A stretch of 64,000 nt of DNA from positions 454,053 to 518,052 of the forward strand of contig JALDTO010000179.1 in the NCBI GenBank assembly GCA_023515725.1. Direction: 5' to 3'. The stretch is from Amoeboaphelidium protococcarum X5. Taxonomy: Eukaryota; Fungi; Aphelidiomycota. Numbering within the stretch: position 1 is the first letter of the stretch; each line of letters starts with the position of its first letter. Under the pieces are notes generated by a model. The model was given only the letters and a program-made list of their open reading frames with translations. It was not told where the DNA came from and ran no database searches. A program made the translations under genes and the position numbers. This document shows positions 27,476-40,512 of the stretch, piece after piece.

Positions 27476-28369
27476 TCACTGCGGTCTTTCAGAAACCTTT
27501 TCATCTTTTTTGCTATAATCATTGCTCTCTACCTGCACGTTCAACAACAGAGTATCGGTGTCCAAAAAGACTCTATTCTTGGAGTTGGCAACAATTGAGG
27601 CAATCTCACGGGCATTCTCAATCTTTCTCAAGTCCAAGAAGCCAGGATTGTTCACAACGGCTCTACCAATCATCTCAGCAGCTTATGCCTCACCCTAAGC
27701 ACGCACAATGGTACTCTGCTTCTCCTGCTTTGCCTTCTCCACCAGGAACGCGGCACGCTGAGCCTCCTATTGACTGACTTGCTTCGCCTCCACAGCATGA
27801 GTAAACTCTGGGCCAAACTTGAGGTGAGTGATGGACACGTCATCAAGCACAATGTTGAATTTCTGGGCGCGTTCTCTCAGCGATTCACGCAATAGACGAC
27901 TAACTCTTTCTCTCTGAGTGATCAGCTAGGCTGCATTAAATTGCGCCACCACACTCTTCAGAGTTTCGTTCACAATAGATGGTAGTACAATTTCGTCATA
28001 ATCCATGCCCAGAGTCTTGTATATCACGGGCAAGTTTTCCACAGATGGACGTGACAGCACACGAATCGTGATATTCACCATCTGCAGATCCTTAGTACCA
28101 GTCAGCGATGGAATATTACGCGGCTTTGCACGAACATCATATATGATGACCTGCTCTAGCCACGGAAATCTCAAATGTGTTCCTTCAGGATATACTTTAT
28201 CCAACACACCAAAGACTCTAGAATACTTCACCGCTCTGTGACCACCATCAACATTGTACAGGCTCGCATTTACACCGGCAGCGGCGAATCCAAGACCTAC
28301 CAACGCGCCAACTCCACCAAACAGACCGCGTCCTCCGCCTGGTATTTTAATATTTCTCAAATTTTCCAT
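27476..28369 (-). CDS. PHB2: Prohibitin-2, 297 aa
   Basis: [40 protein letters not shown](TAG=Q)LITQRE. Confidence 0.95.
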
Positions 28370-29439
28370 AATTAATATTGAGCGATTAAACTGTTTATAT
28401 CACGTCAGCTCTATAGAATACCTTTTTACTTTGATTGATCGTGCTTACAGCTGCGAGAATGAAATCTCTAAGGTTGCGCGACGTCACCGATACCTCGTCT
28501 GAGCTACTGTTTCGCTCAAGGCTGTAACTGAATATAAGCAGAGAAGTGGTAAAAATCCTATAATATCAGTCGAGAGAAAAACATTAGAATGATATAATGC
28601 ACAAAATATTCATGTATAAACAGACTAGTTTCAAATTTCCTTCAAAATAACATCCAGGCATGGGGCAGTATGACAGATACAACCATGGCAAACAATGGGA
28701 CATTTTGAAACGGGTTCATTGCAGCCATGTCAGCATCGTCCAAGGAATCGTTTATACCATCCGCGTCACCATCCATTTAAAAATTCTGCATACTCAACAT
28801 TGGAGAAAGAGCATACTGGACGCCATAATCATCACTTGAAGTGGAGTAAATAGAGCTTCTACGACTTAAACCACCACCAGACATTGTTGCAGAACTAGAA
28901 GTTAAATCTTGCAGGGATACATTCGGACTTATATCAAAATTTGTAGCTGATAACTCCATGCCTGTGCTTTGTACCAGATGAATCTTTAATTGCTCAATTT
29001 ATAATACGACTATCACTGTGGGAAAGAAGTTGCAAATCGGGATCTATCAAATTGGCTTTCAATTTCTCACGGATCAGTCGTCCCATCGATGGTGGTTTCC
29101 AGGCAATGCGCCACGCCACCCGTATTGATCAACGATTGAGTCAATTCTCGGATTTTAACAAGAATTAAAGGATATCTTTACTTTTAATGAACAAAAACAC
29201 ACGCGAAAATTCTTTAAGTAGGAAATGTTGTCGATAATAAAGCTAAGTTTTATATACAGACCAGCATATGTCTACAATGGCTTTAGGGAAGTTCAATCTT
29301 ACTTTTATGAAGCGTTTCGAATTTGTAACACATTATATTGATCTATAGTACTGTATAGCATTTGTTGTTTTATGGCATTTCTCCGTACACATTTTAACAA
29401 TGGCGGACAAACTGGAAAATGAACAAACCCTTGTTGGAC

Positions 29440-29700
29440 TCCACATTACTGAACTGAATCCCATTGAGGCAGTGTGGGGAAATTCTAAGTAGTGCATCTG
29501 CTCTAATTGCTGCTATTCTTTTGCAGCATTGAAGCGTTATGTTCCTGAGCCTTTGCGCCGTATCTAGTTGGAGACTATCTGGAAGCATTTAATAAGATTT
29601 CTGCGTTTTATAGATGCTTATTATTATGAAGTGACCGGGAAAATGGCTCAATTCGCAGTAAAAGGCGCTCTTCCTATAGAAGAAATTCTTGCACTACTCA
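29440..29700 (+). mobile_element. Tc1/IS630-like (DDE_3) transposase C-terminal relic
   Basis: ELNPIEAVWGNSK...YSFAALKRYVPE...RFIDAY...TGKMAQFAVK; no intact upstream part. Confidence 0.65.
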
Positions 29701-29966
29701 TGAAGAAATACAGACCTTTTTGAATACGCGCGCGGAAAGCAGCCTTGCGTTTGACTAAAGCTACACCGTAGCAGAGTGCGTAAAACGCTGATTTTAATTG
29801 ATGTTATATCTATGAATAAAATTTACGATATCTGTTATTTTTAGACCATAACATTTGGCACTTAAGTCGGCTTACGGTTGCATGCACTGTATAGTTTATC
29901 CTCAAGAGCAACGAGGTCAACAAACTCATGCCAAGGGCAACGGCAACAAGCATTCAGATTACTTAT

Positions 29967-31160
29967 TCACAAACAGATATATCTACTACATGGCATCTGT
30001 TGGCTAACGATGTAACGACCCGAGAGCTTAGACATTTGCAATAATAGCTTATGATCGTCCCACATCCTTTTGACTATTAAAGCCGCGTCGAAATCACTAC
30101 AGCTATCAATGATACTCGAATGTACCTGGACAAACTCTTCAGTTTCCGTGAAATAGAATGCACAATCACTATCGCCCGTAATTGCTTTAACAGAGGCAAA
30201 TATTTCAACAGTCGCCAAAACATGCAGCATAATTTTATCTGTATAATCAAACTCCAATCGATAATCTTCAACTTTTAGATTTTCAATTTTTAGCTATGAA
30301 GGAATAAACGAGAATAGATCAAAAATATTATCTTCTGCCTGTAGTTTGCCTCTGCGATATCCATAATGTTTATTCAAAATCGACCCAAAATCTTTCAAAA
30401 TTTTTCCAGTGCCGTACATGGACAATGGTGAGGCTAAAGCTGTCAAGCCAGCACCTAAAGGAGGGAAAGTTATACAAGCAGCAGTAACAACTATCGCACA
30501 TCCTCCAGCAATCGCTGCGCCACCTAACCCATCTTCGAGAATGACTTTCACAGTATCGGTATCAAATTTATCCTTGTTTTTTGCAGCAGCAATGCCTCTA
30601 TCCAGGAGAGTTTTACCACCTTCTACTAAGAACCCTACCCCAAAGGCAATTCCTCCATTTGTAATGCATTTCTTCAATCCAGTTAATGCTCCTTGTCTAG
30701 CATTACTTACATCAATTTTTCGCTGTTCTTCTACCGTCATGGATTCGCTTCCTCTCATTGTATTGTCCTTACCATTCTCCCATTTGATATTATCGGCGCT
30801 CTTAGTCCTATCAACACTATGAGAAGTGATATGACTAGCTTGTTTATCACTCAAAAACGCTTTTATATCGTTCACAGACGTCTTAACCTGAGACGGTAAT
30901 TTACTGTAAAGATTTTTCGCTTCTTCAACGCTTCTTCTGGCGCCTCTAAGACCAGCTCTCCTGAACTTCATTTGCATATTCTTGGGTAAGTCATCAAAGG
31001 ATAGAATTTTACGTGCAGATTTAGCCACTGTAAATTTTACAGCACTAGACCTATGATCCTGAGAAACATGCTCGGTATTTGACAGCTTGCACTCATTAAT
31101 TTTGAGCAACTGACTATTGATAGCCATAAAGAGCTGTAGTGTAGCTTTTGTATACTCCAT
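29967..31160 (-). CDS. Hypothetical protein with HNH-like motif and Gly/Ala-rich hydrophobic helices, 397 aa
   Basis: Track ORFs 30294..31394 and 29967..30257 are in one frame joined by one TAG; ASHI..S...DNIKWE...N.MRG motif followed by glycine-zipper segments. Confidence 0.6.
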
Positions 31161-31504
31161 GAATATATGACAATTCGTCAATAGATTGCAATAAAGTAAT
31201 TGACAGACAATTCGGCCCAGAAGAAGATTGAAAATTTTGAAAAAGCGGACAACCTTATGAATAGCGCACCGACAGTAAACAGTAAAACAGTAAAAAGCGA
31301 GAGCGCGAGAGGAAGACTGAAACGCGCTCGTGTCGATAATACCAATGACAACGACGACACAAACGCTGAAACAATAGAACACTGTAATCTTCATTTTCCA
31401 CCCACATCCGCTATTATTTATTTAGTGTAGAATACGCTTTGGAATTTTAACAAGGCCAGCAATCTGATATAAAAACGAACTCATTTTTAGGATAACTACG
31501 AGAC

Positions 31505-33791
31505 ATGATGGATAAGTGGTTGAAGATTAAGCCCAAAGCTGTGACTAGTGAGGGACCACAGCAACTGGGTGCTGAGAAGAAAAGTGATGGTCGCGGTGGA
31601 GCTAGAGTTAATGCTGGTAGGAAGAAGAAGATTGTAGAGGAACCAAGGTAATCTAATTATAAAATTTCATGGTTTTTAATACTGCAAATGTAGATTCAAG
31701 TTGCCAGAATATCGTGGAGGGAAACGCGCTGGTGCTGGTAGAAAGTCAGCTGCAGATTCTACTGACAATGATAGATAAGCTTCCAAAAAGATCAAAGCAG
31801 TCATGACTGATGATATTGTGGACAATGACGACTAAAATCAGCCAAATATTTTCATCAATGTTCCGGTTGTAACTTCTGAAGCAGCTTCTGCGGACACTAG
31901 ATTGTAGGCAACACCCACAGTTGAAACAGCTGATGCTGTAGATTAGCCCCCTTTGCTTTAACCAAATTTGGCTCCGGTGTTTGGGACCTTATCTGTTGGA
32001 GCCTCTAGTGATGAAAGTGCGAAGATCGATCCAGTGTTAGATCAGGGAAGAGATATTGATGATCCATAGGAGCGCTCTGACCATAATTTTGAGGAGTTGA
32101 ACTGCGGCTTCCGCTCTGACTTCTTGTCTAATCAGATAGTAGATGAACTGTCTGAAGAATTTGAGGATGATTTGGCTTAACCTAAGGCTGGCTCTGTTGT
32201 TGCAGAGTATCTTGCTTCTGTCTTTACCAAAGTTAAAGATCGCAACAGTAATGTAATGAAAGCTGTTAGAGGTGGTAGTTTTTGGATTGAACCACCTAAT
32301 CCTCTTGTGGCACTTACTAAGTCTATCAACAATGGACTTTAAGTGAAGCCAGATGATTTTTATTATCCCAGAGTGTTTGTATTTGTGCCTGATGTGATGT
32401 TTCCCCATCTAAAGGTCCCATGTCCGAATCCTTTATGTTCATCGGCGTCAGTGGTTCCAAAAGGGTTTCCCGATTATATGCGAAGAATCGTTGACTTAGA
32501 AGATTGTTATTACATAGCTACATGCAGGTATCAATGCAAAGATTGTAATACTCATTTTGTGCCGACGTCAGCGGATGTTTTGCGCTAGTTTCCATTGGAG
32601 GTTTAGTTTGCATTCCCATGCTTATTGTCGAAGCGCTCTGGAATTGATTTGAAGATTGTAAAGATGCTTAACATCTTTATTGATCAATCAATGGGTCCTT
32701 AAGCTGTAGCAGACTATCTAAAAGAGTTGCATTCTTTAAAGCATCAAGAACTGGAGGTTCAATATTACTCTGCGTTAAATACTTAGAAAGCTGTATATGC
32801 GTTGTAAACGAGACTCTTTGCGTCTAAGATTGACTCTTCCGCTGTTCAATTTTCAAAGTTCGCCGATCCCAATGGGTACTCCGGATTTACACCTTCTGGT
32901 AACTATCTGCTATCCGTCTTTCTGAAGGATTATTAAAGAAAGAAGTCTTATTATGATCTGGAGGTGCAAAGAAGAGGTGGAAAGGTGCTTTCGGTTGACC
33001 ACAGCTTTAAGTGGACGAGGCACTTAATGCAAGTTAATGGGTAGTAGTTATTCGAAGGATTGCACTCAGTCATGAATGAATATGAAGAGATTCGCCAGCA
33101 ATCATTGGTATAATCAGTGTCCAACGACTATCTGAGGGATCACATGGAGAACATGCAGGAGACGTACAATAATTTGGGGCATTCACCGCCCGAACTGGTT
33201 TACACGGACAATTGCTGCAGCGATAGAGCTTTCTACGAGTCTGTATTTCCAAGCCTTCGTCAATCTACAAAGCTTTTATCTGAATTCCCTAATCCAAAGC
33301 AAATTATTTACCTCAATGATTATTCATCTGCCTGTGCTTCTGCTTTTGAGTTATTTAATAGATGCGTATCCTCTAAAGATCGTGTTAAGATTGGTTTGGA
33401 CTGTGAATGGACTACTAATAATGTTGGAAAGGCAGGTAAAGTGGACTTGTTGCAATTGGCGTTTCAAGATGGCGTTGTTTACTTGTTTCATCTCACTTCT
33501 TTTAAGCAGTTTCCTCCAAGTCTCAAATTACTTTTGGAATCGTAATAATGTCTCTTCATTGGTAGATCTATCGGCGGCGATGTCAAGTATTTGCTATAAG
33601 ATTTTAACATCTGTGTCAGCCAAACTCTAGAGTTATCGAAATGGGCTAAAGACGTTGGACTTGTCAAAAAGGCTACGCTAGGCCTGGATGCTCTCGTTTA
33701 AATAATTCTTGGCTATTGGCTGGAAAAGTCTGCCAATGGTCCTCGATTGTCAAATTGGGCGAAATCTAAACTTAGCTATCTGGCACCGTGA
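31505..33791 (+). mobile_element. DUF6729-type DNA-transposon protein with AT-hook-like motifs and DEDDy 3'-5' exonuclease; 3'-truncated; intron 31648..31693
   Basis: GRGGARVNAGRK and RGGKRAGAGRK; PCPNPLC...RRIVDLEDCYYIATCRYQCKDC; LSVDHSFK; VYTDNCCSDR; exonuclease IGLDCEW, LLQLA, RLSNW, then an abrupt junction. Confidence 0.7.
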
Positions 33792-33990
33792 CGTGAATGC
33801 TGCATGTAACATTCGCTTACATCTTTCTGGCAAGGAATTGCGATGGCGGTGAAAGGCCAGCTCCATATCGCTACGATCCTCCACATCCTCAATAATGATC
33901 AGTCCAGGCTCCGCGCGCAATAGTCTGATCGGCGGTGAATATCCGTTGCTGTTCCTTATTTACTTATTTTGTGGGAAAACACAGTCCTGT
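33778..33990 (+). mobile_element. Fanzor/TnpB-like RNA-guided nuclease 3' fragment with downstream structured segment (candidate omegaRNA)
   Basis: IWHRDVNAACNIR, then after a 1-nt shift YIFLARNCDGGERPAPYRYDPPHPQQ* (TGA 33896-33898); short stems follow. Confidence 0.7.
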
Positions 33991-34074
33991 ATGTTATGTA
34001 ATCAGATCAATTTCCTCTATTTATTACGCCACTAGTATACTTTGTTCTTCTTCTTCAACGTAACATTTTTGGAG

Positions 34075-34800
34075 ATGATAAACACTATATTATTTGGTGT
34101 CTGTCTGGTAGCTTCTATTAGCTGTGTTTCTACTAATCAGAAGTACGCGTCTGCAGTGGTTGCAGGAGAATTTATTGTGGCTTTGAATGTGCCTGCCACT
34201 GTGTCCTCATCTGAGAGCTTTATCGATGAACATTTGAACCGTGTATTTGGTCTGATTGCATCCGCCGAGTCATCCCATAACCCTGTTATGCACAAGTACA
34301 GCTTCGGTTATGCTGCAAAGATGGATGATTAGTTGGTTGAGATGGTGCGCGCTATGCCGGAAGTCGATGTTGTCGAACCCAGCTACATTGCCCACATTTT
34401 TGCTGAATAGCACAGTCCTAGAAATTGGGGTTTGATCCGCAGTTCTTAACGTTCCAAAATTTCTGGCCAAACGATTTTCACGTATCCTGATCACGCTGGG
34501 AACAGAACAACAGTCTACATCATTGACACAGGTGTTGATACTTAACATTCTGAATTTAAAAAAGCAAATGGAACTGTTAATGCTCGTTTTGGTACAAGCT
34601 TTGTTTATGGTGGTGATAAAGGTGATTAAAATGGCCATGGAACTCATGTGGGTACTACTGTTTGAGGCAACTTATCCGGAGTTGCTAAATAAGCTGATAT
34701 TGTATCTATAAGAGTTTGCGATTATTAAGGCTAATGTACTTTATCTGCGGCAATTGCAGGTGTCTAATGGGCTATCAACGACCGGCTTCGGCATACTCAC
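34075..34800 (+). pseudogene. Subtilisin-like S8 protease with I9 propeptide, truncated
   Basis: Signal peptide, NWGL.R, VYIIDTGV, NGHGTHV; in-frame TGA at 34663; catalytic Ser region absent. Confidence 0.85.
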
Positions 34801-35251
34801 GTGATGATGTAGTCGTAGTGATTGGTCACATTATTAGTATGAAAATAAACTTGGAATAGAGCGAAAGTTTCTGTTAAATTGATTAAGTCATCATATTATA
34901 CAGTCCATTAAAAGACCACACCGCACTTACCATATACTACACGCGTTTTAATGACCATACAACCCTCACATTCACACTCTTTCAAAGCTCACCAACTTTC
35001 TGAGAAATGAAACTTCCGCTGAATCATGTGCTTGTGGTGTTTGTTTGATCGGCTGAAGGGGACTGCTGAGCATAGTTTGACGTTTTTGCTGCGCCACACA
35101 AAGTCTAAAATTTTCTCTCACTCTTGCCCTTGCTTCCGACAACAATAGCGATTCATCCATCACATTCTGGTATTTTATCAGTTGCTGCTACTCATCAAAT
35201 AAGAAGAGTGCTTCACATTAAATTGGTATCTAATATATTTTTATTAGCATT

Positions 35252-36151
35252 ATGCCAAATAATAAAAGGAAAAAGAAGGCCGAATCACCTGGTGTCGCAC
35301 ATTAATCAAATGGTAATGGCTTCCATGCTTTAGAATCGTAAATATTTCGCAACTACTTCTACTTTACTGATATGACTCCGCAGGCTACAATACTCTGGGC
35401 AAGTCCATCATCTCTTGATTTAGTCGGTCGAACGCCGGAGGAAATGGTTGGCAAAAGTTGCTATGCTTTTCTGCATCCGGATGAACTAGAGGCCGTAAGA
35501 CGCAACCACGTTTTCAGTTTTGCAGAATCTGTGATAGCTAGAATACTGACGGTCAGATTTTTGTGTAAAGAACGGGATGGTACGCAGGTATTTAAGAAGA
35601 TGGATTTCTTGATTAACGACTGCTATGATTGTTTTGTGATAGTTTCGGCTAATCATGAGTTTAGTAGGGATAGCATATCTTTCAGGTAGTCGGCCGAGGA
35701 TCGCGTTAAGATTGGCCCTACCGGTGCATTAGAAGCTGAGAATTGGCTTACTAGAAAACACGTGACTATGTAAATGCTATCGGACACATTAACATGGGAA
35801 TAAAGCTCATAGACTCTTAAAGAACCTCGAGTCTGTCTAGTTCTTAATCGATATACTATTAAAGCTACCATTCAATTTGCTACCGCGGGAGCATGGGAGG
35901 TATTGAACTGTACAGATCGTGAGCTTATTGGGAAAAGTCTCTATGATTTCATTATACAAAGCGAAGAGGACTAAATACACGATGTGGATGTACTTGAAAG
36001 ATTGAAAGGTGAGATCAACTTTGTAAAAAGTTCTGGCAGCGTTCACCATTTTAGCTTTACCTGGAAATCGACTCATCTGCCTATCGAGTGCGAAGGCATC
36101 ATTACTTCTACTTGGGATGGCCTAATTTGTGTAGTACGACGAAAATAATGA
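35252..36151 (+). CDS. Double PAS-domain protein, copy 1, 299 aa
   Basis: ILWASPSSLDLVGRTPEEMVGKSCYAFLHPDE; EPRVCLVLNRYT; LIGKSLYDFI; ends TAA TGA. Confidence 0.85.
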
Positions 36152-37767
36152 ATATAATTCCCAACTGTAACGTGTTTGCAAATTGTCAAGTTTTTCTTCG
36201 TTACGTTTTAATAACATCGTCCAAGTTCGGTAATTTACCACGGGGCGAAAGTGACGGGCATTATATATTGATGTGCGTGACAAAACTGTACATCGATCAC
36301 TTTTTGCAGTACTATCATCCGGTTCCGCTCGCACTGTTTCACTTTGAAACTTAGTAGTTTATAGCGAAATACAATCATGTGAAATGTTTTAGTCAAATCT
36401 AGCGTAATCGATAAGTATATCGCTTATAAATGGGGCTATCATACAAAGAATTTGTCCACCTCTGTGACCGTAATAAATGTTAATGCAGGAAATGACGACG
36501 GGCCGACAATGATTGTAGAACGACAATACGTTTATCGTTCGTTCCAACAAATATTTTCAAAATGTCATAATTAGCAATAGCGCTTATTATACTATTAAAT
36601 ATCTATATTTGCTTCCGTGTCTTCATCATTCAATTACGTAGTTTGCCGGTTATCTTCAAGTTCTTTCATCCAAAAGTACATATCTCGGTATCTGTTGGTG
36701 TGCGCGTTCTGACATTGTATAGTACTTTGCGCAGATTATTATACAAGCCAGAACACGTCAGCAACGGGTTTACCTCTCTTATAAAAGTATGTTGAACACG
36801 AACGATTGGAATTACTAGCTTTGAGAGACTAACAACTGAAATCTGGAAAACTCCCTGCTCTTACTGAAATGCTTCGTTTAAGTCGTTACTAGAACAGCGT
36901 CAGCAATAGCAATCTGTAGTACTCTGTACGCTGTTATCCGACGTTCCTTGCCATAAGAACACATAAAAATTCTATTGAATTGCCAAAATCATTAAAACGC
37001 ATTGCTATTACCTTTGTATAGTTAAGTGGAAATGCGTTCTTTCCTTGCATAATAGAAACGGCCACAAAGGTGGCCAGAATTCTCCAAATGTCCGGTGTAA
37101 GTGTAAAAGATTCTCTATGAATGAAATTTTTTTTTACGTCACGTCTTCAGGCCAAAACGTTTTGTTTCGAACCTCTGGAAACAGGGCGTGTTCGATGGAT
37201 GATTGGCCCACTGTTTACATACGTTGTGTTAGAGTTATAATTGGCGTGTCCGCATAATCCTATGTTTTAAACTTATATATATATATATTTTGAATGAACA
37301 TGTTTACTACTTCGGCATACTTATGCAATGACGTAATGTCGTTATTAGTCAATTGCTCACATAATGATGAAAATAGACTCGCAAAAGAACCGAAAGTTTC
37401 TGTTTGCGTAAATTGAGTCATCACATTAAACAATCCATTGAGTACCGCACCCCACATCCATATATTACACATTTATGTAATGCCTCATAACCAATACATT
37501 CACACTCTTTCAAAGCTCATCAAATTTTTCAGAGGCTGAAATACTTCCGTCGAATCATGCGCTTGAGGTGTTGTTTGATCGGCTAAGAGTTTGACAGTTT
37601 TGCTGCGCCATACAAAAGTCAAATATTTTCTCTCTCCCTTTCTCCGAGCTTCTGACAACAATTGCAACTCATCCATCACATTCTAGTCCCTAAATCGGTT
37701 ATCTCTATTTATCAATCAAAAAGAACATCCACATTAATTTAGTATCGAATATAATTTTATTAGCATT

Positions 37768-38670
37768 ATGCCGAATAATAAGCGAAAAAAGAAGGCCACC
37801 TCGCCTGGTGCTGCACATTATTAATCGATTGGCAATGGCTTCCACCCTGGTGATTCTTAGATTTTCCGCAACTACTTCTTCTTTACTGATTTGACTCCGA
37901 ATGCTACATACCTCTGGGTAAGTCCATCATGCATTGATATAGTCGGTCGGACGCCGGAAGAAATGGTTGGCAAAAGCTCCTATGCGTTTCTGCATCCTGA
38001 TGAACTAGATGCCGTAAGACGCAACCACGTCTTCAGTTATTCATAATCTGTGATAGCGAGAATAATGACGGTAAGATTCCTATGTAAAGAGCGGAATGGT
38101 ACACAGGTATATAAGAAGATGGATTTCCTGATAAATGTCTGCTATGATTGTTTAGTGGTAGTTTCGGCTAATCACGAGTTTAGTAAGGACAGCATATCTT
38201 TCAGGCAGTCGGCAGAAGATCGTGTCAAAATCGGCCCTACAGGTGCGCTTGAAGTCGAGAATTGGCTAACTAGGAAAAACGTAATTCTGTAAATGCTATC
38301 CGACACCTTGACTTGGGAATAAGGCTCAAAGACTCCTAAAGAACCTCGAGTCTGTCTAGTTCTTAATAGATATACCATTAAAGCTACCATTCAATTTGCT
38401 ACAATGGGAGCACAAGAGGTATTGAACTGTACAGACCGGGAGCTCATCGGGAGAAGCCTTTATGACTTCATTGCACAAAGTGAAGAAGATCAGTTACACG
38501 ACGTAGATGCACTTGAAAGAGTAAAGAGTGAAATCAACTTTGTGAAAAGTTCTGGCAGCGTGCATCATTTTAGCTTTACCTGGAAATCCACGCCCTTGCC
38601 TATCGAGTGCGAAGGCATCATTACTTCTAGTTGGGATGGTCTAGTTTGTGTCGTACGGCGTAAATAATGA
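37768..38670 (+). CDS. Double PAS-domain protein, copy 2, 300 aa
   Basis: Colinear paralogue of 35252..36151 with many synonymous changes; about 280 bp of upstream sequence is also duplicated. Confidence 0.85.
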
Positions 38671-39062
38671 TTTTAATTTAATGTAATGCATATATAAAAT
38701 TAATATGTAATGATTGTATTATGCGAACAATAGAAAATATTAAACCTGTTTAGTTTTAGTTTCGTGCATCACTATCCTTGATTTATTTGGACTTCCAGAG
38801 TATTCCAGAGAATTTCTGTGCCGCTCTTTCCCAGAATCATTGGCTGATTGACGTGATTTCCGGCCAATCATCATCTCATTTCCCGGGGCGAGAGCTTTTC
38901 TCAAACAAAAATTATCAAATACATTAATCGTATTCTTGCTACCGTGACTTATCACTATGGCCAGGTTAAAATATCAGAAATTAAATAGCATTGATACTGA
39001 TGAGGAAGCAGCTTTTGAGTATCAGACAGCTAGTGCCTTGCGCAAGTAGATTAGAAATGGCA

Positions 39063-39195
39063 TCATATAATATACCTATTTACAATGTAGGTACCTACCT
39101 AGTTTTATCAATTTTAACTATATAGTTACAATGTAGGTAGGTAGAATTGAAAAACCAAGGTAGGTACCTACATTGTAAGTAGGTATACTATATGA
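39063..39195. mobile_element. MITE-like foldback element with about 51-bp imperfect inverted arms
   Basis: Left arm tcatataatatacctatttacaatgtaggtacctacctagttttatcaatt versus reverse complement of right arm tcatatagtatacctacttacaatgtaggtacctaccttggtttttcaatt. Confidence 0.75.
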
Positions 39196-39676
39196 ATAGG
39201 TGCAAATAGGACCTTGATAAACTTACAACAATTGTGGAAGTAGAAATTCAATTTCCTGCACAGGGAACTCTTTCAGCCTATGGCAGAGATAGAACTGCAC
39301 GCCGATTTTATCGATATGCTTATATAGACTACATACATGTAATGCCAAACATAACAATGGAAAGAGTTACGACCGTATAAACCAGGTGCACTTACTATGA
39401 GACTGCAAGCCATGTAGAGAAGAATTATGACTAGAATAATCGCAAAAGTAGCTGTGACATAATAATGATAAGGATACCACAGAGTTGAACCACTTGATCT
39501 CTTTGAGTTGCCGCCCGTCCGCCGGAAGAAGAAGAAGAAGGGACGATTTTGAACGAACGATGGACCGGAAAGTTTCACAGCAGTTGAAGGTGAATCGATC
39601 TTGTCTCTAGGAGAACGATATTGCTTTAATATTTACCAGAGTATATTGAATTCATAGAATATGTTTTTAAAATGAT

Positions 39677-40249
39677 TCAAACCAGAGATGTTTTGACACG
39701 ATCCTTCTCATCGGATTCAGCCTTTACCGCCTGTTTAAAATCAGAAAGACAATACACCCCGACCTTTGAATGCACGATGAACCAGCGGAGAGCGTACAAA
39801 GCAACGGTAACACCCTAAAACAAGAGATCATTAGTAATGAATTGCTTTAGAATGAAGTTGTCCAGATAAGTCCAAGTCACAATAGTTCCTACGTACCAAT
39901 TCAAGTCATTGTCACGCCATTCTTTCGTAGACTTGAGACTGACGTAAATGAACGTGCCATTACCGACCAAGAAGACTGGTGCAATGATGATTAAGGCAGC
40001 CCACACTCTCGCGGATGTCCATAGTAATGCCGCAATCAGAACTACAAAAGGCGCAACGAGCAGTGATTGGACAAGAATGCACGCATTATAAAATAGTGCA
40101 AGGCCGCGACGTGATCCAATGCCAGTGGCAATCAGAAAGAAGCCAACCAAAGCCATGAGACCAGCTTGTCCAAAGCACAGTAGAACGGGCCACCACACCA
40201 ACAGGTCGATTGTCTACTCTGCAAGTAGTTACGCGCCAATATACTCCAT
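39677..40249 (-). CDS. Multi-pass membrane protein of unknown function, 190 aa
   Basis: ATG 40249 to TGA 39677; several hydrophobic helices; TWTYLDN motif shared with its neighbour. Confidence 0.65.
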
Positions 40250-40512
40250 TTCAGGTAGGGGTAAATATTATAAAGTTGTTATTGCAGCGGATCCAAGAGA
40301 AAAGGAGCTGTTGTCAAAAGTCTAGGTGGGGGTGTGCTTGATTACGTGTGCACGTTTACAATCGCGCGGTGTTCTGAGGCGATGAAGTGTTGATTAGAAA
40401 GTAGGCCGCTTTTGAGGCTGAATACAGAATCAGGTATAGTAAAGCCAAATTTATTGAACCGATTAATAAAACTTCATGAAATATTGTCTCATGTGCGCCT
40501 GTTTATTCAAAA

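Noticed and set aside
28640-29040. Short Ser-rich ORF on the minus strand
   Set aside because: Looks coding-like but has no recognisable domain and an upstream TGA; cannot support a call
29847-33998. CATAACAT/ATGTTATG as terminal inverted repeats of a composite element
   Set aside because: Only 8 bp, AT-rich, no target-site duplication seen; compatible with chance
36350-37480. Possible gene between the PAS copies
   Set aside because: Open stretches are expected with a single stop codon; no motif or clear start was found
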